From Actinophytocola sp. (GTDB taxonomy: Bacteria > Actinomycetota > Actinomycetes > Mycobacteriales > Pseudonocardiaceae), in the NCBI RefSeq assembly GCF_050699935.1, contig NZ_JBOHGB010000021.1, positions 3,245-67,244 on the forward strand: a stretch of DNA of 64,000 bases, given 5' to 3'. Position numbers and translations under genes: made by a program. Below the pieces are notes generated by a model. The model searched no databases. It was not told the DNA's origin and worked only from the letters and a program-made list of their open reading frames with translations. Below, one piece after another: positions 1 to 9,246 of this stretch (the stretch's first letter is position 1; each line of letters opens with the position of its first letter).

Positions 1-114
1 GCCCGTGATCACGGCGGTGCCGCCCCCGGCGACCACCTGGTGGGCCGTGGCCAGGCCCATGCCGCTGCTACCGCCGACGACCACAACCTTGCGGCCCTCG
101 AAGCTCTCACTCAT
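1..114 (-). CDS. short-chain dehydrogenase/reductase, N-terminal 38 codons only (continues off the window)
   Basis: Reverse strand from ATG (complement of 112-114) reads MSESFEGRKVVVVGGSSGMGLATAHQVVAGGGTAVITG, a Rossmann glycine-rich dinucleotide-binding motif typical of SDRs. Cut by the window edge. Confidence 0.6.
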   Translation of the reverse strand, partial: MSESFEGRKVVVVGGSSGMGLATAHQVVAGGGTAVITG

Positions 115-519
115 GACAGTTGCTCTCTCCCCACCGAATCGCGGTGTTTGCAGAACCCGGCTCCCCGGGAGTAGCGCGACGTCCGTGGAGCTCGACGCCG
201 GTTGGTCCAGTCGCACAGTTCGTCGCTAGCGGAGGCACACAGGCGGACGACCCCGAACCTAGCCCCGGCATAACTGGTCGGTCAAGTCCACTATGAGATC
301 GCCGGGCGCTACCGCGCGTGGCGACGTACCCCAGGTCACATGTGCCGACCGCAGCATCAATGCCAAGCCGCTCCCAGCTATGGTTTCGGACTAAATAGTC
401 CACAGAAGGCAGGATCCGCGGGAATACGACCGGCCCGTGGGGTGTCTGTACATGTGCGTGTCCAGGTGCGTTTCACCTGGTTCCCCAGCTTCGCGCCGCA
501 AGGCCGGGAACGGAGAGCT

Positions 520-993
520 GTGCCCCAGCAGACCCAGTACCACAAGAACCCGGAAGCCGTTTCGCGGCTCGATCCGGAGCAGTACCGCGTGACCCAGCAG
601 GACGGCACCGAGCGCCCGTTCGTCAACGCCTACTGGGACAACCACGAGCCCGGTATCTACGTCGACGTCGTGTCCGGCGAGCCGCTGTTCGCATCGGTCG
701 ACAAGTACGACAGCAACTCCGGCTGGCCGAGCTTCACGACGCCGATCGCCGAGACGAACGTCGTCGAGCGCGAAGACTCCGGCCACGGGATGATCCGGAC
801 AGAAGCCCGCTCGCTGCACGGGGACAGCCACCTCGGCCACGTCTTCGACGACGGTCCCCCCGACAAGGGTGGACTGCGCTACTGCATCAACTCAGCGTCG
901 TTGCGGTTCATCCACGTCGACGACCTGGAGGACGAAGGGTACGGCGAATACCTCACCCTGTTCACGAGTGACACCGACACCGACGACAAGTAA
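520..993 (+). CDS. msrB: peptide-methionine (R)-S-oxide reductase MsrB
   Basis: ORF 340..993 contains [13 protein letters not shown]...[26 protein letters not shown]...[10 protein letters not shown]...[11 protein letters not shown] (SelR/MsrB signature). GTG at 520 after GGAACGGAGAG is the plausible start; start is uncertain. Confidence 0.85.
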   Translation: MPQQTQYHKNPEAVSRLDPEQYRVTQQDGTERPFVNAYWDNHEPGIYVDVVSGEPLFASVDKYDSNSGWPSFTTPIAETNVVEREDSGHGMIRTEARSLHGDSHLGHVFDDGPPDKGGLRYCINSASLRFIHVDDLEDEGYGEYLTLFTSDTDTDDK

Positions 994-1002
994 GGAGACG
1001 AC

Positions 1003-1509
1003 GTGACCACCGAGAAGGCGATCCTCGCCGGCGGCTGCTTCTGGGGCATGGAGGAGCTGTTCCGCCACCAGCCCGGCGTCGTGTCCACGCGCGTCGGCTA
1101 CAGCGGCGGCGACGTCCCGAACGCCACCTACCGCAACCACGGCACCCACGCAGAGTCCATCGAGGTCGTCTACGACCCCGAGAAGACCGACTTCCGCGCG
1201 CTGCTCGAGTTCTTCTTCCAGGTGCACGACCCCTCGACGAAGTACCGCCAGGGCAACGACATCGGCACCAGCTACCGGTCGGCGATCTTCTACACCAGCG
1301 ACGAGCAGAAGCGGGTCGCCGAGGACACGATCGCCGACGTCGACGCCTCGGGCCTGTGGCCCGGCAAGGTCGTCACCGAGGTCACCCCGGCGGGCGACTT
1401 CTGGGAGGCCGAGCCCGAGCACCAGGACTACCTGCAGAAGTACCCCAACGGCTACACCTGCCACTTCCCCCGCTCCGGGTGGAAGCTTCCGAGGCGGGCG
1501 ACGGCCTGA
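1003..1509 (+). CDS. msrA: peptide-methionine (S)-S-oxide reductase MsrA
   Basis: 168 aa with the catalytic GCFWG motif and [17 protein letters not shown] core. GTG start lies 10 nt after the msrB stop. Confidence 0.9.
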   Translation: MTTEKAILAGGCFWGMEELFRHQPGVVSTRVGYSGGDVPNATYRNHGTHAESIEVVYDPEKTDFRALLEFFFQVHDPSTKYRQGNDIGTSYRSAIFYTSDEQKRVAEDTIADVDASGLWPGKVVTEVTPAGDFWEAEPEHQDYLQKYPNGYTCHFPRSGWKLPRRATA

Positions 1510-2344
1510 CACCTCCGGCGCGTGGACCCGGGTCCGCGCGCCGGTCCGGGCCGAGGTGGTCGGCTTGGACGAGGAGTCAGCCAGATGGGTGCGGGCTCTC
1601 TTCGGCACCGGTGTCGAGCGAGACGTGGCATCCGATCGGTGCCGGTGGGTTTCTTGAGGCGGTGGACGGTGGCGCCGTCGAGCGGGGTGTCATCGTCGTT
1701 GACGGTCAGCCAGAGCACTGCGCACCCGGTGGCGAGGAGGCGGTCGAGGCGGGTTTGCGCGTCGCGGCGTTGGTCGGTGCTGTACTTGCCGTCGGAGACG
1801 ATCACAACGAGGCGGGCGGCGTTCGGGGTGGACAGGTCGAGCGCGCCGTCGAGGGCGTCGAGGGCGTTGCCGAGTTTGTGGCCGCCGCCGTCGGCGTGGA
1901 ACTCGGTCACCCGTGCGGACGCGGTGCCGGGTAGGTGATCGGGCGGACCTCGTAGTTGCAGGTCACGGTCGCGGTGGTCGCGGGCACGGTGGTGAGGCGG
2001 GCGGCGTTGGCCATGATCCACGCCGCTGAGGCGACCGGGCGGGTGAAGTCGGCCATCGACCCGGTCACGTCGCATGCGATCCCGAGCCGCAGTGGCGGGG
2101 TCGGGACGGTGGTGCGGGTGAACGGTTCGGCGGTCGGGATGCGACCGGCGACGAGTTGTGCCTCGCGGGCGAGGGCGCCTCGCATCCGCGACCGCCCGGG
2201 CGGTAGGGGCGCGGTCGCCTTCGTGGCGACCCGGTCACGGGTACCGGCAGTCGACAGTGCCCGGGCGAGCACGCGGGCGGCGGTGCGTTCGGCGGCGGTC
2301 GGTGCCCGGTGACCCGCCGGGGCGGTGGTGCCGCCGCCGAACAC
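1452..2344 (-). pseudogene. von Willebrand factor A (VWA) domain protein, frameshifted and N-terminally truncated
   Basis: ORF 1907..2344 carries a MIDAS-like start (LRLGIACDVTGSMADF...AAWIMANAA). The rest of the domain (VTEFHADGGGHKLGNALDALDGAL...RLVVIVSDGKYST...VLWLTVNDDD) is in another frame (ORF 1452..2075), so a frameshift lies near 1925-1945. The upstream end abuts the IS at 2391. The tail 1452-1640 is unverified. Confidence 0.6.
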
Positions 2345-2390
2345 CTGGCTTTGTCTGTGAGAAGTGACCGCACTCGGTGGTTGTGTGGTG

Positions 2391-4078
2391 GTCTGTCAGT
2401 GGCCAGTGGGAAGTGGCTCTGTCCCACATTCCGTGATTCGGTGGTCGTTAGTCGCTGAGGAGGATGCGGAGTCGGAGCAGGTCGGGTTTGGCTCGGCCGT
2501 ACATTTGTCGTTTGATGGCCTTGATTCTGGTGACGTTGCCTTCGACGCCGCCGGAGTTGTAAGGCAGGGTGAGTCCGGCTGTGACGGCGTGCCAGTCCTT
2601 GCGTAGTCCGGTGGCGAAGGCGCGTAGCTCGCGGACGGGGCCGTTTTCGGCTTTGCAGACCCATTCTTCGAGTTTGGCGCCGCCGAGGTGGCAGAGCATT
2701 TTCGCGAAACTGGCGACGAGGTCGCGGGTGGCCGCCAGCTCCGCGCAGCGACCACAGGCGTCTTCCAGTCCGGCGCGGTCGTCGTCGGTGAGGTTGTCGG
2801 GGTTGCGGACGATCCAGCCGACGACGTCGCGCGCCTTCGGCGCTGGTGGTGGCTCTGGTTTGGTGAGCGTGGCACGCAGCTCGGCGGTGTAGCGGCGCAG
2901 GGTGCGGATACTGCCGTGGAACCCGCGGTCGCGGATTTCCTCGAGCAGCTGGTTGGTGCTGGTGCAGCCCTCCTCCCAGCGTTGGCGTAGGTAGGGCTTG
3001 TAGGGCTTCAGGGTGCTGGTGCGCCCGGTCGGGTTCGCGCCGATGAGCTCGTCCGGGCTGGCGGCCTGGGCGTAGCGGCGGACGGTTTTGCGGTCCAGCC
3101 CGAGGGTGTGGCTGATCGTGGTCAGTGACAGGCCTCGGGCGAGTAGCGCGTGAATTTCGGCATGCCGGGCGCGGGTCTGCTCGGCGCGTAGTCCCTCGAC
3201 TGCGTCACCGATCGAGGGTGTTGCGATGGACTGAGCCGGGTCGGGTTCGGCGCGCAGGCAGCGGCGATGCCGTCCGACCACGCGTTTCACCGCGCCGGTG
3301 AGGTTGTGCAGCAGGTGCCAGCGGTCGGCGACCTGCACGGCCGCCGGAGCGCCACGGTTGGCGCCCTCGGCATAGCATCCGGCGCGGTCGCGGCAGATCA
3401 CCTCAACCCCAGGGTGGGCGTCCAGCCACGTCGCCAGCGAGTCGGCCGACCGATCAGGCAGGACGTCGACCGGCTTACCGGACTCGATGTCGATCAGCAC
3501 TGTGCCGTAGTTGTGCCCGCGCCGCAGGGCGAAGTCGTCCACCCCCAGCACGCGCGGTGTCGACATCTCGGGCTCGGGCAGGTTACGGATCAACCGCAGT
3601 AACGTCATCCGGCTCACCGCAGCGGCCAGGTGACTGGTCAGCCGTGCGCCAGCACGGCCTCCCAGAGCGAGCGCGACCGCACGCGACGCCGCGGTGAGCA
3701 CCGTGCTGCGACGTCCATAACGGACGGTCAATCCCGGGACCTGTTCCGCGAAGGTTTCTTGGCGCACTCGAAGTTGTCGCACAAGAACGACGCACCCGCA
3801 ACTGGACCAGCATTTCCCGGCCGCCGACCGCGGTGTCGGACAACCGCCGCTCATAGCTGCTATGCACCCGACCCGACGCAACCCCACAGCCAGAACACGA
3901 GGCCTCGGCAGCCTGCGTGCTCGCCTCGATCCGCACCGACCGGCCCCTCGCGCACACACCATCGATCCGCACACCAGCCAAATGCGGGAACAGGACCCCT
4001 ACCAGACCAAGATCATCGCACTTCGATCATGATCAACTATCTGGGAGGGTCAGCTCCGACTGGCCCGCACTGACAGAC
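2391..4078 (-). mobile_element. ISL3-family insertion sequence (about 1.69 kb) with long imperfect terminal inverted repeats
   Basis: Encloses an ISL3-type transposase. Ends are 2391-2429 GTCTGTCAGTGGCCAGTGGGAAGTGGCTCTGTCCCACAT and the reverse complement of 4039-4078, GTCTGTCAGTGCGGGCCAGTCGGAGCTGACCCTCCCAGAT (about 31 matches over about 40 nt with a 3 nt gap). Confidence 0.75.
2448..3981 (-). pseudogene. ISL3 family transposase, apparently disrupted by two 1-nt deletions in the N-terminal zinc-finger region
   Basis: Main ORF 2448..3974 has the ISL3 core (RVLGVDDFALRRGHNYGTVLIDIESGKPVDVLPDRSADSLATWL...VQVADRWHLLHNL). The N-terminus (CSGCGVASGRVHSSYERRLSDTAVGGREMLVQLRVRR) is in ORF 3583..3981. 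The expected FLCDNFECAKK segment sits in the third frame around 3750-3790. Confidence 0.75.
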
Positions 4079-4085
4079 TCTGGCC

Positions 4086-4655
4086 ATGAACGATGAGGCA
4101 GACGGTGACGGCCTGAGAGCGAGCGAACTCGTCCCGGCCACCGGTGGGCAGTGGGATGGGCTGCTGTTCGACAACCCGACGCTCGGCATGATGCCCTGGT
4201 TGAGTTGGAGTTTCACCTTCCTCTTCGCTGACGTGTCACGCGACGACGGGAGCAGCCCTGTGTCGCTGTGCATCGAATGGGTTCCCCTCACAACGGCAAC
4301 CTGGCGCGACATGGCCGGGCAAGCCCTGCGCAACTCGAGGTTTGCCGAACCTGCGGAGGCGAGCGTCTATTTCTTCGAACACCACCGCTATGACACAGTC
4401 GACCTACAAGTCGTTGAGCAGCACGGCCTGGAGATCCGTGTCGCCGCGACGGTCTCCGGTGACCTGGACGGACTCGGCGTCGACCAGCTCACTGTCGATC
4501 AATGGATGACCTTTGCCGGCATCCATGTGTCGCTCAGCACCGCACGGTCAGCTGAAGCGGCTTCGGCACGACTTAAGGACTTCACCGATGTTATCGGCCT
4601 GTCCTGCTCCCCGCGCCGTACAGCCGGCAACTTCATGTTTAGCCCAAGCGGCTGA
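4086..4655 (+). CDS. hypothetical protein (189 aa), lower GC, between the IS and a solo IS end
   Basis: Balanced amino-acid composition with no recognisable motif. ATG lies only 8 nt after the IS terminus with no obvious SD, so it may be a passenger gene or a 5'-truncated remnant. Confidence 0.4.
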   Translation: MNDEADGDGLRASELVPATGGQWDGLLFDNPTLGMMPWLSWSFTFLFADVSRDDGSSPVSLCIEWVPLTTATWRDMAGQALRNSRFAEPAEASVYFFEHHRYDTVDLQVVEQHGLEIRVAATVSGDLDGLGVDQLTVDQWMTFAGIHVSLSTARSAEAASARLKDFTDVIGLSCSPRRTAGNFMFSPSG

Positions 4656-4705
4656 AGCCGGGCCCAAGTGGAGTCCATGGTCACCGACATTGATCACCCG
4701 ACCTC

Positions 4706-4776
4706 GGTGACCACCACTGCCGAAGTCACGAAAAGTGGGACAGAGCCACTCCAGACTGGCCGCTGGCAGTGGTCAG
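4706..4776 (+). repeat. solo ISL3 terminal segment (third copy of the IS end), inverted relative to the 2391 end
   Basis: GACCACC..TCACG..GTGGGACAGAGCCACT..ACTGGCC.CTG.CAG matches the reverse complement of 2391-2447. This includes a 16/16 core and the non-coding stretch downstream of the transposase stop. Confidence 0.7.
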
Positions 4777-7099
4777 GGTTGGTGGGGCCAGCGGCTGTCG
4801 GCGATACTCCTGCCGGGGAGGCGCACCGGCTGTCGGAGCGCAGGCTGGTGGCGGTCGAGCAGTTGTTCACCGCTGAGCTGGCCTGTGCTCGTCATGCCGA
4901 GATCGTCGCTGAGCCGTCCGATGTGGTGCGAGAGCACCCGCTGCGTGAGCGGTTGCACGGCCTGTTGATGACCGCGTTGTACCGCGCTGGACGGCAGGGT
5001 GAGGCGCTGGCGGTCTATCGGGAGGTGCGGCGGACGCTGGTCAGAGAGCTGGGGTTGGAGCCGGGGCCGGACCTGCGGGCCTTGGAAGGGCGGATCCTGG
5101 CCGGTGAGCCGCTCGGTGCGCCGAGTACGGCGGCAACGCCTCTGCCGGCACCGGCTCAGCTTCCAGCCGATGTCTCCGACTTCGTCGGCCGAGCCGCCGA
5201 GTTGTCCAAAGTGGATGGTCTGTTGTGTGCGGGTGATCCGTCGGCTCGTCTGGTCGCGGTCACGGGCGCCGCTGGTGTCGGCAAGACGGCTCTCGCGGTT
5301 CGGTGGGCGCACCGGGTCGCTGGTCGCTTTTCCGGACGGTCAGCTGTATGTGGACCTTCGCGGTTATGGCCCGGACCAGCAGGTGACGCCGGGCGACGCT
5401 CTGGCGGGTTTTCTACGTTCCTTCGGCGTGCTGGGCGCCGCGATCCCTCCAGAGGACGCCGAGCGGGCGGCCATGTTCCGGACATTGGTCGCCGGCAGGC
5501 GAGTGCTGCTGTTGTTGGACAACGCGCGCACCGCGGACCAAGTACGGCCATTGCTGCCTGGATCCGCGTCGTGTTTCGTCGCGATCACCAGCCGGGACCT
5601 CCTGACCGGGCTGGCCGCGCGGGACGGGGTGCGCCGCATTGACCTGGACCGGATGACCCCTGCGGAGGCCGTCAGCCTGTTGGGCCGGTTGATCGGCGAC
5701 CACGCCCACGCCGACCAGGACGCGATCGCGCACCTGATCGAGCGGTGCGCCCGGTTGCCGCTGGCCCTGCGAATCGCCGCGGAGCGGGTCCGCGAGCGCC
5801 GGGGCAGGCGGGGTCGCCGACCTGGTTGCCGAACTCGGTGACGAGCAGGCCCGGCTGGACGCATTTGAGGTCGGGACCGACGCACACACCTCGGTGCGCG
5901 CGGTGTTGTCGTGGTCGTACCAGCAGCTAGAACCTGCCGCCGCCCGGCTGTTTCGGTTGTGCGGCCTGCATCCCGGCCACGATGTGGACGTCTACGCGCT
6001 CACCGCGTTACTCGGAGCCGACACGCCCCGGACGACTCGCCGCCTGCTCACCACCCTGACCCGTGCACACCTGATCGAGCGGACCGGCACGCACCAGGAG
6101 AGGTACCAACAGCACGACCTGTTGTGGGGGTACGCGGCCGAACTCGCCGAGTCCACTGACGGCGACGACAGCCGCGCCGCAGCGCTGACCAGGTTGTTCG
6201 ACCACTACCGGTACACCGCGTCGCTGGCAGTGGACTCCGTCTATCCCGACGGCGCGGACGCCAGGCCGCGGTTTCCGGAGCCGGCAACACCGGTGCCGGA
6301 TGTCCACACCACGAGCAGAGCCGAACACTGGCCGGAGGCAGAACACGCCAACCTGCTCGCCGCAGCCGTCCACGCCGGCAACCACGACTGGCCGCACTAC
6401 GCCGGCGACCTCTCGGCCACCCTGTACCGGCACATACGCCGCCGCGCCCGTCATGCCGACACCCACACCCTGCACAGCCAGGCGCTCGCGGTCGCCCGCA
6501 CGCTGGGCAACCGCGACAACGAGCAGACCGCACTAGCCGGGCTCGCGCACACCTACCAGCGGACCGGCCGTTACGAGAAGGCAGCCGAGCACTACCGGCA
6601 GGCTCTGACAGTGGCACGTGAGTGCGAGAACTCGCACGGCGAGCTGACCGCACTCGGCGGCCTGGCCGACAACCTGCTGCTCACCGGCAACTACCGACAA
6701 TCTGCCGAGTATTACCGCCAGGTACTCGCCGTCGCCAGCGAAACCGGCTCCCGGCTCGGCGGACTCAAGGCCATCGCCGGGCTCGGCCACTGCGACCTGT
6801 TGACCGATCGCTACGAGGACGCCGCCGGGCACTACCGGCAGTCGTTGGCCATGGCGCGGGAGATCGGGAACCGCTCCAGCGAGTTGTCCGCCATCGTCGG
6901 TCTGGGCCGCATCAGCAAGCGGATCGGCCACTACCAGCAGGCAGCGGACTACTACCAGGAAGCACTAGCCGGTGCCCGCGCGACTGGTCACCTCCTCGCC
7001 GAACTGTTCGCGCTGGCCCGCCTTGGCGACGTGTACGCGATGACCGGCCACTACGAGCAGGCGGAGGACAGATCGCGGACACGTCCACCGTCGGCATGA
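4777..7099 (+). pseudogene. AfsR/SARP-family regulator remnant (BTAD + NB-ARC ATPase + TPR), 5'-truncated with two frameshifts
   Basis: The BTAD region (PLRERLHGLLMTALYRAGRQGEALAVYREVRRTLVRELGLEPGPDLRALEGRIL), Walker A (VAVTGAAGVGKTALAVRWAH), NB-ARC continuation (LLLLDNARTADQVRPLL..CFVAITSRD) and TPR repeats are spread over three frames (ORFs 4668.., 4999.., 5894..). The shifts are at the T-run 5328-5331 and near 5800. The winged-helix DNA-binding domain is absent and the frame runs into the solo IS end. Confidence 0.75.
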
Positions 7100-7168
7100 C
7101 CGGTCATGTCAACCAGATCAATCCACCCGTGATCTGAAAGTCCACTTTGGACACTAGTGGGAGGTGTC

Positions 7169-7504
7169 ATGGGAATCCGGATGTCCTTGCTGCGCCAGCG
7201 AGTTCAGGAGCACGTCGCCCGAAGGATGGCGCTGGCCGAAAGCATCGACGCGGAGCTGTCCGGTCGGCGGTTCGCCGCGGCCTCGGACGGCGGGTTGGTG
7301 GTTGCCGAGGCCGACCACACCGCCCGCCTGGTCAACCTCCGGTTCACCGCAACCGCGTTGACCCGGAGCACGGGCCGTGCGCTGGGCACTCAGGTCGTGC
7401 AGGCAGTCACCCGCGCGCAGGCAGACGCACGCTCGGCGATCGAGAGTGCGGTACGGGCCAAGGCTCGGGAACACCAGATTGCGGTGTCGGAGCTTGCGCG
7501 ATGA
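7169..7504 (+). CDS. YbaB/EbfC-like nucleoid-associated protein (putative)
   Basis: ATG at 7169 follows GGGAGG. The pattern SDGGLVVAEADHTARLVNLRFTATAL....LGTQVVQAVTRAQADA resembles the YbaB/EbfC fold signature. Assignment is from motif memory only. Confidence 0.45.
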   Translation: MGIRMSLLRQRVQEHVARRMALAESIDAELSGRRFAAASDGGLVVAEADHTARLVNLRFTATALTRSTGRALGTQVVQAVTRAQADARSAIESAVRAKAREHQIAVSELAR

Positions 7505-7782
7505 GCCACTCGTACGAATTGCGCCTGTTCGACCACGACGACGTCGGCGACTACCGGGAAGATCGTTTCACGGTACGCAACGAACCGGCCGGCGACTACT
7601 TCGCGGCGGTGCCAGTCGACGCCAGTCTCGGCTGGGTCGGAGTCGACCGGACCGGCACGCTGACCGGCGTGGAACCGGACGGCCCGACGATGGCGAGAAT
7701 GCCCCAGGACCGTGTGGCGGGTCTGCTGATCGCCGCCATCAACCAGGCAGAACTCACGGCACGCCGCCACCTGCGACCGTGA
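7501..7782 (+). CDS. hypothetical protein (93 aa), translationally coupled to the preceding gene
   Basis: ATGA start/stop overlap at 7501-7504. Weak YbaB-like C-terminal pattern (VGVDRTGTLTGVEPD...RVAGLLIAAINQAE). Confidence 0.45.
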   Translation: MSHSYELRLFDHDDVGDYREDRFTVRNEPAGDYFAAVPVDASLGWVGVDRTGTLTGVEPDGPTMARMPQDRVAGLLIAAINQAELTARRHLRP

Positions 7783-8157
7783 TGATCCCGCGTCGGCCAG
7801 GAAGTTGACCGGTGAACACCCGGCAGGCCGGCCCGTGAACGGGACCGGCTTGCTGTGGAATGTCCCGACGGCACCGGTGCGGAGCCGCAGTGGCGCGAGG
7901 ACCGGATCGACGCGCTGTTGTGGCGGTCCGCCTGGACCTCCTCGGCCAATCGTTGCTTGGCTTCGTTGGCCAACTCGGCAGCGTGTCGATGCTTCCCTTG
8001 GGCTGAGGACGGCTCTTGCCGTCCTGCGGGCGCGAACGCGCCCGCAGCCCCGATCTTGTTCCCCCATAGATCGAGAGTAACCCCGGGTGATGTCACGGGC
8101 CCATGTCATGCGATCCCATCAAGATCGCTGACAGAGAGCGTTAGACCAGGTCAAAGG

Positions 8158-8205
8158 GGGCGCCCTTGGCAGGATTCGAACCTGCGACACCTGCCTCCGG
8201 AGGGC
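8158..8205 (-). repeat. 48 bp exact duplicate of the 3' part of tRNA-Arg(CCG): att-type direct repeat
   Basis: 8158-8205 is identical to 9293-9340 (tRNA nt 29-73 plus 3 nt of trailer). No 5' half of a tRNA is adjacent. Confidence 0.9.
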
Positions 8206-8275
8206 TACACCGGCACAGGGCGCCGCGAGTCTGACCAGCGGTTTTGGTGGTGGCCGGCGCCCGGTGACCCCGGCC

Positions 8276-8294
8276 TTGTTCACGCATTGTCCAC
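8276..8294 (+). repeat. about 20 bp direct repeat CTTGT(T/C)CACGCATTGTCCAC, copy 1 (possible operator or integrase arm site)
   Basis: Matches 9179-9198 with one mismatch. A third GCATTGTCCAC lies at 8343-8353, just upstream of the antitoxin gene. Confidence 0.6.
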
Positions 8295-8395
8295 AGCGTG
8301 CTCGACCGGGCATCATGCACGTGAGCGAGGCGACACGGATGGGCATTGTCCACTTGCCCACGTGTCCGTACTCTGTGTGTGGAGAGGAGGCTGCC

Positions 8396-8686
8396 ATGAC
8401 AGCAGTGGACGGGTTCCGCCCCATCGCGGAGGTCACCGCCGATGAGCGCGCGAGGATCGCCTTCGGCAAGGCCGGCGTGCACAAGGACGACCGCTACGCG
8501 CTGGCCGTCAACGACGAGGGCGCCATCCTGCTCACGCCGCTGGCGAGCATCCCCAAGCGCGAGCTGCTGGTCTGGGAGAACGAGGACCTGAAGGCGTCAC
8601 TGTTCCGCGGCCTGGCCGACGCCGCCGAGGGCAAGATCAAGCGCCTGGACTGGCTGACCGAGGATGAGGAAGACGAAGACGAGTGA
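8396..8686 (+). CDS. AbrB/MazE/SpoVT-type antitoxin (putative)
   Basis: ATG follows GGAGAGGAGG. The N-terminal ERARIAFGKAGVHKDDRYALAVNDEGAILLTPLASIP looks like a swapped-hairpin AbrB-like fold, with an acidic tail DEEDEDE. The stop overlaps the start of the downstream toxin-like gene. Confidence 0.55.
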   Translation: MTAVDGFRPIAEVTADERARIAFGKAGVHKDDRYALAVNDEGAILLTPLASIPKRELLVWENEDLKASLFRGLADAAEGKIKRLDWLTEDEEDEDE

Positions 8687-8985
8687 GTGCTCCTCCCTAC
8701 GTCCTCAAATACACCGCTGAGGCCGAGAAGGTCATCGAGGACCTGCAGAGCCCGCAGTACAAGACGAAGCTCAAGAAGGTTCGGAAGACGCTGCGCCTGC
8801 TGCAGAACCCAGGGCCGAGTCACCCGGGCCTGAACTCGCACCGCTACCAGTCGGTGCCCGGCCCCGGTGGCGCCGCGCTGTGGGAGTCCTACGTCGAGAA
8901 CAAGACCCCCTCAGCGTGGCGCATCTGGTGGATCTATGGCGCCGCCGACGAGATCATCATCGTCACGATCGGTCCGCACCCGTAG
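8683..8985 (+). CDS. RelE/ParE-superfamily toxin (putative)
   Basis: 100 aa. The C-terminal AWRIWWIYGAADEIIIVTIGPHP matches the RelE/ParE pattern (xRIIY....I.I..IG.H). GTGA overlap with the upstream antitoxin-like gene. Confidence 0.55.
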   Translation: MSAPPYVLKYTAEAEKVIEDLQSPQYKTKLKKVRKTLRLLQNPGPSHPGLNSHRYQSVPGPGGAALWESYVENKTPSAWRIWWIYGAADEIIIVTIGPHP

Positions 8986-9178
8986 GGCTGTGAGCTCGCC
9001 GGGATCGGGGACCAGCGGTGAGAAGTGCAACGAGTGCCTTGCCAAGCAACAGGCTGGCACGTGTCGCGCTGGATAGTGATCTCACGATGCCGGGTTCCTG
9101 CCATCTCGTCGACCGGACGGGTCAAGGAATGGCAGGCCTCCTTGCGCTCTGACAGTGATCGCCCAGACCGTTGATCGA

Positions 9179-9198
9179 CTTGTCCACGCATTGTCCAC
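9179..9198 (+). repeat. 20 bp direct repeat CTTGTCCACGCATTGTCCAC, copy 2
   Basis: 19/20 identical to 8276-8294. Lies about 95 bp inside the tRNA-proximal att copy. Confidence 0.6.
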
Positions 9199-9246
9199 GG
9201 GGAGCCGCAGGTGGCCGGGTTTCGTCGGACACAGCCGGATACGGCG

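Noticed and set aside
1503-1525. CCTGACACCTCCGG at the msrA stop resembles the tRNA-Arg att core CCTGCGACACCTGCCTCCGG. It could be a far boundary (third att copy) for the 1.5-8.2 kb island.
   Set aside because: The match needs two gaps over only about 14 matching bases in GC-rich DNA and overlaps the end of msrA. It cannot be distinguished from chance without comparative data.
4668-4776. The N-terminus MESMVTDIDHPTSVTTTAEVTKSGTEPLQTGRWQW of ORF 4668..5642, considered as a genuine start of the SARP protein.
   Set aside because: These codons are the solo ISL3 end read in frame. The real SARP homology starts only at about 4780, and the DNA-binding domain is absent.
7790-8157. ORFs 7596..8096(-), 7390..8109(-) and 7805..8080(+) next to the distal att copy, considered as integrase or excisionase remnants.
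   Set aside because: The translations are Arg/Ser/Pro-rich with no tyrosine-recombinase (R..H.LRH..Y) or HTH excisionase motifs. No frame looks coding.
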